Notes: generated from the sequence alone by a model not told the origin. Shown: positions 28,725 to 40,273, counted from the first letter of the stretch. The stretch: 64,000 bases of DNA from Dehalococcoidia bacterium (GCA_965219085.1 OZ244720.1:3040001-3104000); one strand, 5' to 3'. Made by a program: numbers and translations.

Positions 28725-31660
28725 ATGAGGCGCTGGGTCCTCGCCATTGCTCTCCTCGGTTTGCTGCTCGCCGGATGCCCGGGTGACGACGAAGGGTCTC
28801 CACCCTCTGCCGGTGTGCCTGCGGCCACTCCGGACGCAGTGGTGACACGCACCGCACCCTCTCCATCGCCCACGGTCGCACCGTCACCCGAAGGCACGTC
28901 CACCCCGACGGCTGCGCCGACGCTGACACCGACGCCCGAGGTCACACCGTCGCCCGCGGCAACACCAACCTCGACGCCCACGGCAGCGGCTAGGGCTGCG
29001 GTCACACCGTCACCTCCAGCCGCGGCCCCGCCTGCGCCGTCGGCCACGGCAAGACCCGCCCCGACGGCGACGACGGAGCCCGCGCCGACGCCGGCAGCTG
29101 CGTCGGGGCCGTTCGCGGCGTTCGGTGATGGTACGTTCCTCGTCGGCTCCGAGATTGCACCCGGCCGCTACCGCACGACCTCGGCCTCGCCCGACTGCAC
29201 GTGGCAGATCTCGAGGATGACCCGGTACGCATCGACGGTTAGCGGCGACCGCCCGATCGTCGACCTCGAGGCCTCGCTCACGAGCTTCACCAGCAGCGGT
29301 TGCGGGACGTGGACGAACGACCTGAGCCCGTCATCACGCCGGGGGACCCCTTCGGGGCGGGCATGTTCTTCGTTGGGCCCGAGATCGCGCCCGGCCGCTA
29401 CCGCGCGACCGTGGCCACGCAGAGCTGTGAGTGGGCGCTGTTCCGGTACGCATTCAAGCCGGACAGCAGGAGCACCCCTGGAATCTTCGCGGAGGGTCAC
29501 TCGCTGACCGTGGTCGATATCACCGAGCGGGATACCGGGTTCCTCAGCAGCGGCTGCGGCGAGTGGACGGCCGACCTGACGCCGGTCATCGAGCGGGGAG
29601 CACCCTTCGGCGCGGGCACGTTCCTCGTCGATTCCGAGGCGCCGCCCGGGCGCTACTACGCGACCTTGCCTCTGGACGCGTGCACGTGGGTGCTGATATT
29701 CGACTTCGCGAGGACGCCCGGATGGTCCGAGCACGGCACGCGCCCGATCGTCGACATCGAGCCGTCGCATGTCGGGTTCGCGAGTGCCGGCTGCGGAAAG
29801 TGGTCCTCCGATCCCGGCCCTCGCGCCCAGGTGGCCACAACGTTTGGCGACGGGACGTTCGTCGTTGGGATCGATGTCGCACCCGGGCGCTACAGGTCCG
29901 TCTCGTCCTCGGATGAGTGTGCCTGGCAACGGCTGCGCAGGTTCGGCAGAGAGGTCTACGGCAGGTCCGACGACCACATCATCGGCTGGGGAGGCGGCTT
30001 CATCCTGTACGTCGATATCGCGCCAACCGACGCTGGATTCGTGAGCGTTGGGTGCGGGACGTGGTCACCGGACCTCACGCCACGGATCACGCCCGGCCAG
30101 CCGTTCGGGCAGGGCACGTACCTCGTCGGCACGGAGGTGGCGCCCGGGCGCTCCCGGGCCGCCGAGCCCACTCGCGAGTGCCAGTGGTGGCGGTTGAGCG
30201 GATTCGGCGGCGAGTACTTCGACACCGGAGACGTGATGCTGCTGGATGCCCTCATCGACAGCGGATACGTCGAGGAGGGTGCCGCGATTGCCGAAATCGC
30301 GCCCGGTGATGCTGCCTTCCTCAGCTTCGGCTGTGGCGTGTGGACCACCGACTTCACGCCGCGCGTGTCGCCCGGGCAGCCGTTCGGGGGCGGTACGTTC
30401 CTCGTGGGCCCGGAGATCGCGCCCGGACGCTACCGCGCGGCCCTGCAGCCGGATCGGGCATGCCACTGGCGGCGGCTGAGCGGGTTCAGCGGGTTCTGGT
30501 CGTCGCAGCTCGGATACGAGCGCGTGGAGTCCGGGCACGCGATCGTCGATATCGCGCCCTCGGATGTCGGCTTCTCCAGCCGCGGCTGCTACGACTGGTC
30601 GATCGATCAGGGAGACGGCCACCTGCCGAGGACGTCATTCGGGGAAGGCACGTACGTCGTTGGCTCCGGTGTGGCGCCGGGCCGTTATCGGACTCGTTCG
30701 GCGCGCTGGTGCAGTTGGGAGCGCCTCAGCGGGTTCGGAGGATCCGCGGATGACATCCTCGCTGCTGCCTCGGCGAACCAGCGCTTCGGCGCAACCATCG
30801 TCGATATCAAACCATCGGACGCCGGGTTTTACAGCTCTGGTTGTGGGACCTGGTCACGCGATCTCTCGTCCGAGGTCACGCCCGGAGGGTCATTCGGCGA
30901 CGGGACGTACTTCGTCGGTCGGGAAGTCCAGCCGGGCCGCTACCAGACGTCCACGGCCGCCGCGTGCACCTGGAGGCGGCTGGCCGGGTTCGGCGGCACC
31001 GACCGCGACCTGGTCGAGTTCGTGCGCGTCGGTAAGTATGCGGGTTCCGCCATCGTGGACATCGCGCCGTCGGATGTCGGCTTCTTCAGCTACGGCTGCG
31101 GCTCCTGGTCACCGGTCACGGGCGCTCCCGAGCCGGTCATCGCTACTCCCGCGCCGGCCCCGACGCCCGCGCCGCCACCTGCGTCGATCGCCCGTGTCGG
31201 CGACGGCACGCACGTGGTAGGGACGGACATCCCGGCGGGGCGCTACCGTGCTGCCTCGCCGTCGGCTGCCTGTGCATGGGCGCTGCGTCGTGGAAGCAGC
31301 AGTTCCGGCGACGCGGACGGTGCCGTCACGATCCTCGATATCGAGGAGTGGGACAGGGAGTTCAGCACCAACGGCTGCGGGACCTGGACCAACGATCTGA
31401 CCCCGGTCGTCACGCCCGGGCAGCCGTTCGGCGACGGTACGTACTTCGTCGGTTCCGAGGTCGCGCCCGGCCGTTACCAAGCCTCGGATCCGGCGTCGTG
31501 CCACTGGATACGCTTGACGGCGTTCGGGGAATACTCGCGCAGTGGCGGCGCCATGCAGGTGCGGTACGGTCCGGGGGGCGGACCCGGCATCGCCGACATC
31601 GCAGCCACGGACGCAGGCTTCTACAGCCGCAACTGCGGAAGATGGACGCGCGTCCCGTAG
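28725..31660 (+). CDS. Lipoprotein with Pro/Thr/Ala linker and 10 tandem ~75-95 aa repeats (frameshift near 29330)
   Basis: Lipobox LLAGC; repeat FGxGTxxVGxxxxPGRY..C.W..IVDI...D.GF.S.GCG.W; frames 28725.. and 29300.. join with +1 C at AGCCCGTCATC. Confidence 0.8.
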
Positions 31661-31892
31661 TCGTACGGCCGGTTATGTCGAGGGCAGTAGAGGTTTAGGC
31701 TCAGTTGGCCCTGCTGCACATAATGGTAGTAGTGCGACGTGGAAGCGTCGCGCTTCCCAGTGGACACCTGCTGCGGCGCGAGCGCTCCGATCCGGGGCTG
31801 ACGCGGGCGCGCCGATGGGCACAGTCCCCTCGGGGACGCTCCCAGCGCGCGCGCCCGCTGTCTGTGGTGCAGGGTGCTCCAGGAGCTTGCGC

Positions 31893-33197
31893 ATGCGCTC
31901 GAACTTCGCGCAGACCACTCTCGCCAGTGTCCTCGCCGTCGTCACGGTCGTGCTGCTGGTCGTCGCCGGGTTCCTTGCGCGTGTCGTGACGGAGGGCGAC
32001 GCGGGGCTGGTCCAACGGATCGCCTCGCCCGAGGTCACGGAGACCGCCGACCCCGCCACACCTGCCGGCGCCGACGTTGCTCCGGACCAGCGGATAGTAA
32101 GCGTGCACCCCGGCCTGCTCGAAGAGATCATCGAGATCCTCGAGGCGTATTTCGTCGAGCCCGACCGGCTCGACCGCCAGCTCTTGTACGACGGCGCCAT
32201 CGACGGGCTCTTCCGAGCCCTCGGTGACTCCCACTCGGGCTACATCGACCCGCAGACGTGCGAGGTTCCTGCCGGGAACTGTCCGGGGCGTTCGAAGGCA
32301 TTGGCGCGACGGTGGCACGCAAGGTGATTATGTCGTGATCGTCCACCTGCTACCCGGCACCCCGGCCGAGCGCGCCGGCCTCCGCGCCGGCGACGTCATC
32401 GTGGCCGTCGATGGAGAGGATGCCGATCGCTGGAGCGTCGAGCAGGCGGTCTTGCGCATCCGTGGTGAGCGCGGAAGCGCTGTCGAACTCGCAGTGCGTC
32501 ACACCGATGGCGCCGCGGAGACGATCACGATCGTGCGCGACAGCATCCTCGTGGCCTCCGTGGATACCGCCCCGCCCGGGGGCGTGTTACGAGACAGCGC
32601 GGGCAACGAGGTTACGGACATCGGCTACATCCGGATTCGCAGCTTCACCGCCCGCACACCGCGGGAGCTCGCGGAGATGGTGGAGCAACTCGAGGATGGT
32701 GGTGGGATCGGGGCGATCATCCTCGACGTGCGCGGCAACCCCGGTGGCCTGCTCAAGCAGACGGCGGAGACGGCCGACCTCTTCCTCGACACGGGCACGA
32801 TCGTCGTGCAAGTGGACCGCGCTGGGGCCGAGTGGGTGTACCGCGCGGACCGCGGCACCGTGACCGACCTTCCGATTGCCATCGTGCAGGACGAGTTCTC
32901 CGCGTCAGGCTCCGAGGTGCTCGCCGCGGCGATCCAGGAGAACGGCCGCGGCATCGTGGTGCGTGCGACCTCTTCGGCAAGGGTACCATCAACCGCGCGT
33001 GCTACCTGAGCAACGGGGGCGCCGTCTACGTCTCTACAGCCCGCTGGCTGACGCCCGACCGCAATCTCATCGAGGGCCGCGGCGTCATTCCGGACATCGA
33101 GGTGACGCTCGCAGCCGAGGACGTCGAGGCTGCTCGCGACCTGGCCGTGCTTCGCGCGATCGATGCCCTGCGTGCCCTCCAGGGTGGCGCTGCATAG
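31893..33197 (+). pseudogene. S41 C-terminal processing peptidase, frameshifted tandem copy
   Basis: Co-linear with 33348-34664 but split over three frames (breaks near 32265-32325 and 32970). Confidence 0.8.
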
Positions 33198-33347
33198 CGA
33201 ATTCCAGCTCCTCGCTCGCACCCCTCCCGACGCTGGTGTCTCTGGACGGGCTGACGCAGCCCGCACCGGTGGTAAACTGACGATCGGAATCGCCCCCAAC
33301 CGCCGCGTCCGCCGGTGCAGGCGGACGGTCCCTCAAGGAGCTCGCGC

Positions 33348-34664
33348 ATGAACTCCAACCTCGTGCGGACGGCGCTCGTGGGCGTCCTCTCCGTCGTCAT
33401 CGCCGTCCTGCTCGTCGCGCTCGGCTTCCTCGCGCGCGTCGTGGTCGAGGGCGACCCCGAACCCGTCGAGCGGATCACCACGATCGAGGTCACCCCCACC
33501 GCCGACGACAGCGCGCCCGACAGTGCCGACGCGACCGACGACGACGACCTGGTGACTATCGATTCTGGCCTGCTCGAGGAGATCATCGAGATCCTCGAGG
33601 ACGACTTCGTCGAGCCCGACCGCATCGACCGCCAGTTGCTGTTCGAGGGCGCGATCAACGGCCTCTTCCAGGCCCTCGGCGACCCCCACTCGGTCTACAT
33701 CGACCCGCAGACGTACGCGGTTTCGCGCGACGACTTCAGCGGCGCGTTCGAGGGCATCGGCGCGACGGTGTCGCGGCAAGAGAATTATGTCGTGATCGTG
33801 CGCCCGCTGCCGAACACTCCCGCCGAGCGCGCCGGGGTCCAGGCCGGCGACATCATCCTCGCCGTCGACGGCGACGACGCCGAGGGCTGGAGCGTCGAGA
33901 AGGCCGTGCTGCGCATCCGCGGCCGCCGCGGCACCCCGGTCGACATCACCGTCCGCCACACCGACGGGACCGAGGAGACGATCACGATCGTGCGCGACAA
34001 CATCCTCGTCGCCTCCGTCGACAGCGCCCCACCCGGCGGCGTGCTGCGCGACAGCGCCGGCGATGAGGCCACGGACATCGGCTACATCCGGATTCGCAGC
34101 TTCACGTCCCGCACACCGCGGGAGCTCGCCGAAATGGTGCGTCAACTGGAGGACAGCGGCGAGATCGACGCGCTGATCATCGATGTGCGCTCGAATCCCG
34201 GCGGGCTGCTCGTCGAGACGGCGGAGACGGCCGACCTCTTCCTCGACGACGGTACGATCCTCGTGCAGGTGGACCGCAGCGGGACGGAGCAGGTCTACCG
34301 GGCCGACCGCAACGTCGTGACTGATCTCCCGATCGCGATCATCCAGGACGAGTTCTCGGCCTCGGGCTCCGAGGTCCTCGCCGCGGCGATCCAGGAGAAC
34401 GGGCGCGGGATCGTGGTGGGCGCCACGTCGTTCGGCAAGGGCACGGTCAACCAGGCGCGCGACCTCAGCAACGGCGGCGCCGTGTACGTCTCGATCGCCC
34501 GCTGGCTCACCCCCGACCGCAACCTCATAGAGGGGCGCGGCGTGGTCCCGGACATCGAGGTGACGCTGACCGCCGACGACATCGAGGCGGACCGCGACCT
34601 CGCGGTGTACCGGGCGATCGACGCCCTGCGCGCCATGCTGTCCTCGCCCGCACAGGGTTCGTAA
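33348..34664 (+). CDS. ctpA: S41 family C-terminal processing peptidase (PDZ)
   Basis: DPHSVY, FEGIG, DVRSNPGG, SASGSE, SFGKG. Confidence 0.92.
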   Translation: MNSNLVRTALVGVLSVVIAVLLVALGFLARVVVEGDPEPVERITTIEVTPTADDSAPDSADATDDDDLVTIDSGLLEEIIEILEDDFVEPDRIDRQLLFEGAINGLFQALGDPHSVYIDPQTYAVSRDDFSGAFEGIGATVSRQENYVVIVRPLPNTPAERAGVQAGDIILAVDGDDAEGWSVEKAVLRIRGRRGTPVDITVRHTDGTEETITIVRDNILVASVDSAPPGGVLRDSAGDEATDIGYIRIRSFTSRTPRELAEMVRQLEDSGEIDALIIDVRSNPGGLLVETAETADLFLDDGTILVQVDRSGTEQVYRADRNVVTDLPIAIIQDEFSASGSEVLAAAIQENGRGIVVGATSFGKGTVNQARDLSNGGAVYVSIARWLTPDRNLIEGRGVVPDIEVTLTADDIEADRDLAVYRAIDALRAMLSSPAQGS

Positions 34665-34774
34665 GCGCATACTGTACGGGTAGTTATGTCCCGTCACCTA
34701 CCCCTCGGGGTCCGCCCCCGGGGGTGCGGGCGCGTGGCGGCAAGGTGGCCCGGCGGGAGGGTGAGGCGAGCGCG

Positions 34775-35269
34775 GTGGCGAAGCGTTCCTCGACGAAGAA
34801 GCAGCCCGAGTTGCGCGAGGGTGGGACCGTCGCGACGAACCGTCGCGCCCGCTACGACTACACCATCGAGGCCACCCACGAAGCGGGCCTCGTGCTCACG
34901 GGTTCGGAGATCAAGTCGATTCGCGTCGGCCAGGCCAACATCGCCGAAGGCTTCGCCCGATTCGAGGACGGCGAGTTGTGGTTGCACAATGTGAACATCG
35001 CTCCCTACGCGCCGGCCGGGATGAACCACGAGCCGACACGGACGCGCAAGCTCCTGCTGCACCGCGGCGAGCTCGAGCGCCTGGAGCGGGCGCTGCGTGA
35101 GCAGCCCGGCATGACCGTTGTCCCGCTGCGGCTCTACCTGACCCGCGGCATGGCGAAGGTCGAGATCGGGCTTGTGCGTGGTCGTCGCCAGTACGATAAG
35201 CGGCAGGCGATCGCAAAGCGCGAGGCGGAGCGGACGATGCAGCGGGCGCTCAGACGAGACGCGCGCTAG
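34775..35269 (+). CDS. smpB: SsrA-binding protein
   Basis: NRRARYDY, EAGLVLTGSEIKSIR, RTRKLLLH, YDKRQAI; adjacent to tmRNA. Confidence 0.97.
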   Translation: MAKRSSTKKQPELREGGTVATNRRARYDYTIEATHEAGLVLTGSEIKSIRVGQANIAEGFARFEDGELWLHNVNIAPYAPAGMNHEPTRTRKLLLHRGELERLERALREQPGMTVVPLRLYLTRGMAKVEIGLVRGRRQYDKRQAIAKREAERTMQRALRRDAR

Positions 35270-35311
35270 CGGGCTTCCATCGACGCGGCTCACGTGGCAG
35301 CATAGATACAT

Positions 35312-35668
35312 GGGGACGAAAGGGGTCGACAGCGGTTAACGGACACGGTTTGCGGGTCGAGGCGCCACCAACCTCGTTAAACAGGTGGCACCTAAATAAC
35401 AGGCGATAACGAACTCGCCCTCGCCGCCTAGCTAGGCGGTGACGTCATCCCCGGCTCTTGCCTGGCGAGGTGGGAGATGGCGCCGAAATGCCGGGCTGCA
35501 ATCGCGGGCGCGCGTCACAGGCCCCGCGACCAAGACTACTGTGACTGGCCGGCAGTCTCCCTCGTCAGCGAAGGGATGCCGGTGAGAACCCACCGCTGAC
35601 TACACCCGTAGCAGATCCGTGACGAAGGCTTGCTGGACGGGGAGTTCAATTCTCCCCCGTCTCCACCA
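35312..35668 (+). ncRNA. ssrA: tmRNA, tag peptide (A)GDNELALAA* at 35402-35431
   Basis: 5' GGGGACG pairs with 3' CGTCTCC-ACCA incl. G3:U; T-arm GGGAG-TTCAATT-CTCCC; tag ORF ending LAA; follows smpB. Confidence 0.96.
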
Positions 35669-37298
35669 ACTCCATACTCTGAGTTTCCCCCGACCTCGTC
35701 GGGGTCGACGAGGGCCGCCGGGCAGCCGGCGGCCATCTCGATCCCAGACTCAATCAGCGTCCTGAACGCCGGCACGGGTGCGATGCCGACGATGTGCCTG
35801 GACCCGATATCGACGTAGACGGCCTCGACGAGTGGCCGAAGTAAGCGCCGCCGCTCGTCAGCCTTGGCCGGGTCCCACAACTCGGGCAGGTTCTCGAGGA
35901 GCTGCGCGACCTGGTCGAGTTCGATCGTGGTGGAGAGCTGCGTCATGCGCAGCTGCGCGTCCAACTCATCGAGCTCCCGTTCGTACTCTTCCTCGCTGAT
36001 CGTCATGTCGCGATAGCTGCGACCCAGCCGGAGACGCTGAGCTTCCAGCTCGGCAACGCTCGGTCCCTCTTTCTTCACAGCCCGGCGCGCGATCTTCAGC
36101 TTCCAGTCCTGTGGGAGTACGAGTGAGCCGAAGAGGTCGCGGATCTGGACGTCGATCCGCGAAGCCCCGCACGACTTGTTATTCGTCTCGCATTCGTCAG
36201 CGTGGCGCTCGCGGTACAGAGGGTTTCCAGACCTATTGACGTCGACCTGCACCCGCTTCCAACAGTGGCCACAGCGGATCATGCCGGCAAGGAGGCCGCG
36301 CGGACCCCCAGCCTTACGGCGCCCCGGCCCCCGCTTCACTGTGCGGGTCTGGACGCGCTCGAAGAGGTCGCGCGCGATGATCCCATCGTGCTGGCCGGGG
36401 AATTCCTCGTCTTTGAGCTTCACGACGCCGAGATAGAACCGGAAGCTGAGCATGTCCCGCACTGAGAACCCGGTGAACAGCTTGCCCTTACGGGTGCGGA
36501 AGCCCTGGGCATTGAGCCCGCGCGCGATTGCACTGTACGTCTCGCCCGCCGCGCGCTTCGCGAACGCCGTCCGAACCGCCTCCGCCTCCTCCGGCACCGG
36601 ACAGGGGGTGCCGCTCTCATCGTCCTTGCGGTATCCGAACGGGATCGAGCCATTCTGGAGGCCCTGCTCGGCGCGCTGGCGCACTCCCTTCTGGACAGTC
36701 GGGCGAGCTGGGCAGAGAAGAATTCGGCGAACCCTCCAATCATCGTGAGCATCAACCGGCCCTCGGGAGTCGTGTAGTCGATGTTCTCCGTGACGCTAGC
36801 GAAGCCGACGCCGGCCATGCCCAAGATCTGCAGAGCTTCGGTCTGGACCTTCATGTTGCGTGCCCACCGGTCAATGGTGTGGACGATGACCACGTCGAAG
36901 TCGCCCAGTTGGGCGTCCTCCAGCAGCTGGCGCAGCTGAGGACGCTTCGAGAGCTTATCGGTGTGGGCGCTCACCGCTTCGGAGTAGATTCGGATGAGCT
37001 CGTACCCCTGCTGCTCGCAGTAGCGCGCGATCTCCACGCGCTGAGCATCGAGGGAGTATCCCTTCGTCTGGTCCTCCGTCGAGACCCGGATGTAGCCGAC
37101 AGCCCTGCCCTTGCTCCCTGGGGTCAGATGGGAGGGGCGAAGCGCGGCGCCCATCGGCTCCGCGAGGGCTTCGGATTCAGGCGCCCCGGCCGAATCCATG
37201 CTGATCTCGTAGGCCCCCTCGAACCGGAGTTGCTCGCGGTGGGCAAGAGCCGGAGTAGGCTCCGAGGAGCGGCTCTGGTTGGAGCTGTTCTTCCTCAT
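35536..37298 (-). CDS. Large serine recombinase (island integrase), frameshift near 36698; 3' end overlaps ssrA antisense
   Basis: YIRVSTEDQ..GYSL..Q, RPQL, DRWAR, PFGY, Zn ribbon CGHC; SD AGAAAGGA before ATG 37298. Confidence 0.88.
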
Positions 37299-38065
37299 GG
37301 TTTGTGTGTCCTTTCTGTTCTGGGCTACGTGCCTGCCGGGCGCCGGGGCGGCTCCTCGACTTGGCGAAGAGCAGCCCCGGTCACCCTTGCTGCTACCTGC
37401 TTGATTTGGTCGAACGCCACATATGCCAGTCGCTTGGACTCGCATGCGTGCGCTTCGACTCTCTACGCCGCCTCCAGGTCGTGCTGGTCGCTCGCACGCG
37501 TGCGCGCCGCCGGGTACTGGCGGTGCGCACCGTGCCTCGAGCGAGCGCCGCTTGAGGACCGTGAGGGCGATGTCGGCCCATTCAGCCTGGAGTTGTGCCA
37601 GGCGAGGGTCGACATCGCGGGGACGCGAACGTCGCGCGCTGTTGCGGCCGAGCTGGCCGGACCTACGCAAGGTGTGCCTTCGGCGCGACGTTCGGGCGGT
37701 CGTCCCTGCCGTCGCGAAGGGCTATCGTTTTGGTCGTGGACATGGAGTATCTCCTCCTCGTCTGCAGGCGGTCCGGCGTTCACGCGCCGGACTGCCGTTC
37801 CTGCGTGCTGGGGCATCACCTTGCGCCGCGCGCCAGGGTCGGTGGTCGCAGAAGAGACACACCGTCCCCTCGATGGCTCCGGGCTGATTCCTTTCGCTGT
37901 CGCCAGCCCGCGGCACAGGCCGGCCCGGTGCTTCCGAACTATCCGTCCCGCCCCGGTCCCAGTTGCTGGGCGGATCTGCGGTAGTCGGAGCACTTCCTCC
38001 GTTGCTGCCGACGGTCCAGCGTTGTAGCGCCACTCCGCCGACTGCTCCCTGCCAGGCCTTGCCCG

Positions 38066-38461
38066 GTTCTCCGGCGCCAGCATCCCGGTCGCGATCTGCG
38101 TGCTCAACAAGAACAAGCCCCCAGAACGCGATGGCAAGGTGCTGTTCATCGACGCGAACCAGGAGGGCGGCTTCCGCACCGGCAAGGCCCGCAACTTCCT
38201 CGACCCCGAGCACATCGCTCGGATCGCCGACGCGTACCGCGCGTTCAGCGACGAGGAGCGCTTCGCTCACGTCGCGGACATCGAGGAGATCGCGTCGAAC
38301 GACTACAACCTCAACATCAGCCGCTACGTGGACACGACCGAGCCGATCGACGTGCCGAGCGTCGAGGAGGCCCTGGCGCTGCTGCGCGAGGCGAGGAGCG
38401 GCGCGACCAGGCGGCGAGGCGGATGGATGATCTGCTCGCGGAGCTTGGGTATGCCCGATAG
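38066..38461 (+). pseudogene. hsdM: Type I R-M methyltransferase C-terminal fragment
   Basis: SIPVAICVLNKNK..KVLFIDA, NFL..EHI.RI, NDYNLNISRYV; 5' part absent; frameshift near 38392. Confidence 0.85.
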
Positions 38462-39335
38462 CACGGGCGGAGCGGTCTGCGCGAGAGTGTTCAGGCGGGG
38501 TCTTATCGTATGACGAACCTCCGCGCGGTGAAGGACGCTACAGGGGAAGCGATAGACGAGACGGAGGACACGGATCTGTGGCTACCCTGACAGCACTCCT
38601 GCATGAGCTTGAGCCGATGATTGCGCCGCTGGACGCATACCTTGGTCGGCTGGCGGCCGAGCTGACACCACTCCTGCGCGAGCTCCAGCCGATGTCTGAG
38701 GTACTGAGCGCGGATGCCCGCGCCAACACGCACGCAGAGTGCTACGTGGAGGCCGGCACCGCTGTCACGTATGACGATGCCGTGCTGCTCGCATTCGGAC
38801 TGATGGCATTCCGGCTCCCCTACACCGGGGATCAACGCGAGCCCGAAGAAGGCGACATCAGCACCGTGCGCGACTACGAGATGATGGCAGTCTGGTCGGA
38901 GCGAGCCGGCAAGCTCGAGTCGCTTGTCAAGGAATCTCGCTCCAGTCCTCTCGCCTTCCAGGCGCTGCAACGGGTCGTGGCCCGCATTCGCGAGACGGAC
39001 GAACCGATGCCGCGAGCCCTCTCCGAGTGGGCCTATGACGTCGCGACCGGCACTCGCGAGTGCCCGACGGCTGGGCCGGGTCGGAGCCCGTATACGAACC
39101 AGGTCCGCGACGCCGTGATCGTTCGAACCATCGGTGCGCTGGTGCATGCCGGGCTCACGGCAACGCGCAATGAGGCGTCGGAACCTGAGTCGGCCTGCGA
39201 CGCTGTCTCCCGAGCGCTTCAAGGCCACGGTGAGGAATTGGGATACGCGGCCGTGGCCAAGATCTGGAGCAGGCGGTAACGGCGGAAGCGAAGCGGATGG
39301 ACGAGCTGCTCGCCGGGCTTGGGTACACGCGGTAG
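38414..39335 (+). repeat. Diverged direct repeat of the hsdM 3' end (38414-38461 and 39288-39335)
   Basis: ARRMDDLLAELGYAR* vs AKRMDELLAGLGYTR*, 39/48 nt identical by manual alignment. Confidence 0.8.
38578..39279 (+). CDS. Hypothetical protein
   Basis: 233-aa ORF with GGAGG upstream; no recognised family. Confidence 0.6.
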   Translation: MATLTALLHELEPMIAPLDAYLGRLAAELTPLLRELQPMSEVLSADARANTHAECYVEAGTAVTYDDAVLLAFGLMAFRLPYTGDQREPEEGDISTVRDYEMMAVWSERAGKLESLVKESRSSPLAFQALQRVVARIRETDEPMPRALSEWAYDVATGTRECPTAGPGRSPYTNQVRDAVIVRTIGALVHAGLTATRNEASEPESACDAVSRALQGHGEELGYAAVAKIWSRR

Positions 39336-39350
39336 GCGTACAATCAGTCG

Positions 39351-39589
39351 ATGCCGACGATCCTGAGGGAGGGGCCGTACCAGTTCTACTTGTGTCAGCC
39401 GACCGCGACGAGCCGCCTCACATACACGTGCGGCGCGACGATGGCTTCGCCAAGTTCTGGCTCACTCCTGAGGTGGTGTTGCAGAGCAGCGGCAACTTCG
39501 GCAGGGCGGAGGTGCGGCGCATCCAGACGATCGTCGAGAACAACCAGGCCATGTTCCTGCGGAGGTGGGATGGCTACTTCAATCGTTGA
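39351..39589 (+). CDS. DUF4160 family protein (putative toxin), frameshift near 39390
   Basis: MPTILREGPY.F.F.S.DRDEPPHIHV...AKFWL; TACAAT at 39339-39344 six nt before ATG suggests leaderless mRNA. Confidence 0.8.
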
Positions 39590-39914
39590 GCTGGAAGTCC
39601 CCGGAGCCACGGGCCTGACCGTCAGCGAGGACACGCTCACCGCCGAGTTGTCCGACGGCCGCACCATCTCCGTGCCGCTCGCCTGGTACCCGCGACTGAT
39701 CCACGCGACTCCGGAGGAGCGCGGCCGGTGGGAACTGCACGCCGCGGGCCAGCACATCCACTGGCTCGATCTGGACGAGGATCTGAGCGTCGAGGGACTG
39801 CTCGCGGGCCGTCCCTCCGGCGAGGGCCGGGAGTCGTTCGGGCGCTGGCTCGAGGCGAAGCGCGCCGGCCGACCGCTCACACTCGACGCCCTCTTCGCCG
39901 CCGACGAGGGGTAG
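39570..39914 (+). CDS. DUF2442 family protein (putative antitoxin)
   Basis: LSDGRTISVPLAWYPRL..AT, IHWLDLDEDLSVEGLL. Confidence 0.88.
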   Translation: MATSIVELEVPGATGLTVSEDTLTAELSDGRTISVPLAWYPRLIHATPEERGRWELHAAGQHIHWLDLDEDLSVEGLLAGRPSGEGRESFGRWLEAKRAGRPLTLDALFAADEG

Positions 39915-39928
39915 CGGCAGCGCGGCCG

Positions 39929-40273
39929 ATGAAGTTGACGTACGCCGTCGTCTTCGAGCAGACCCCGAACAACTACTGCGCCTCCGTGCCTGACGTGCCG
40001 GGCTGCGTGGGCGGCGGCGACAGCTTGGACGAGATGCGGGCCACGATCCGGGAAGCCCTCGCATTCCACATCGAGGACCTGCTGGAGCAGGGCGAACCCC
40101 TCCCCGAGCCGAAGATGTCCGTCGACGACGCGATCGCCTACCACAACGAACCCATCCCCGCGGATGTCCGCGAGTCCTACGCCGAGTACGGCGACGACAC
40201 CCCGACGCTCTCGACGAGGTTCGAGTTCGTGGAAATCGAGGTCCCAGCTCCGCAGCCGGCTCAGGCGAGTTGA
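39929..40273 (+). CDS. hicB: HicB-family antitoxin (no adjacent hicA)
   Basis: Y.VVFE, VPDVPGC..GDS..E....IREALAFHIE, GEPLPEP. Confidence 0.85.
   Translation: MKLTYAVVFEQTPNNYCASVPDVPGCVGGGDSLDEMRATIREALAFHIEDLLEQGEPLPEPKMSVDDAIAYHNEPIPADVRESYAEYGDDTPTLSTRFEFVEIEVPAPQPAQAS

Noticed and set aside
29100-31660. CRISPR array or DGR target
   Set aside because: Repeats are protein-coding and degenerate at DNA level; no cas or reverse transcriptase in the window
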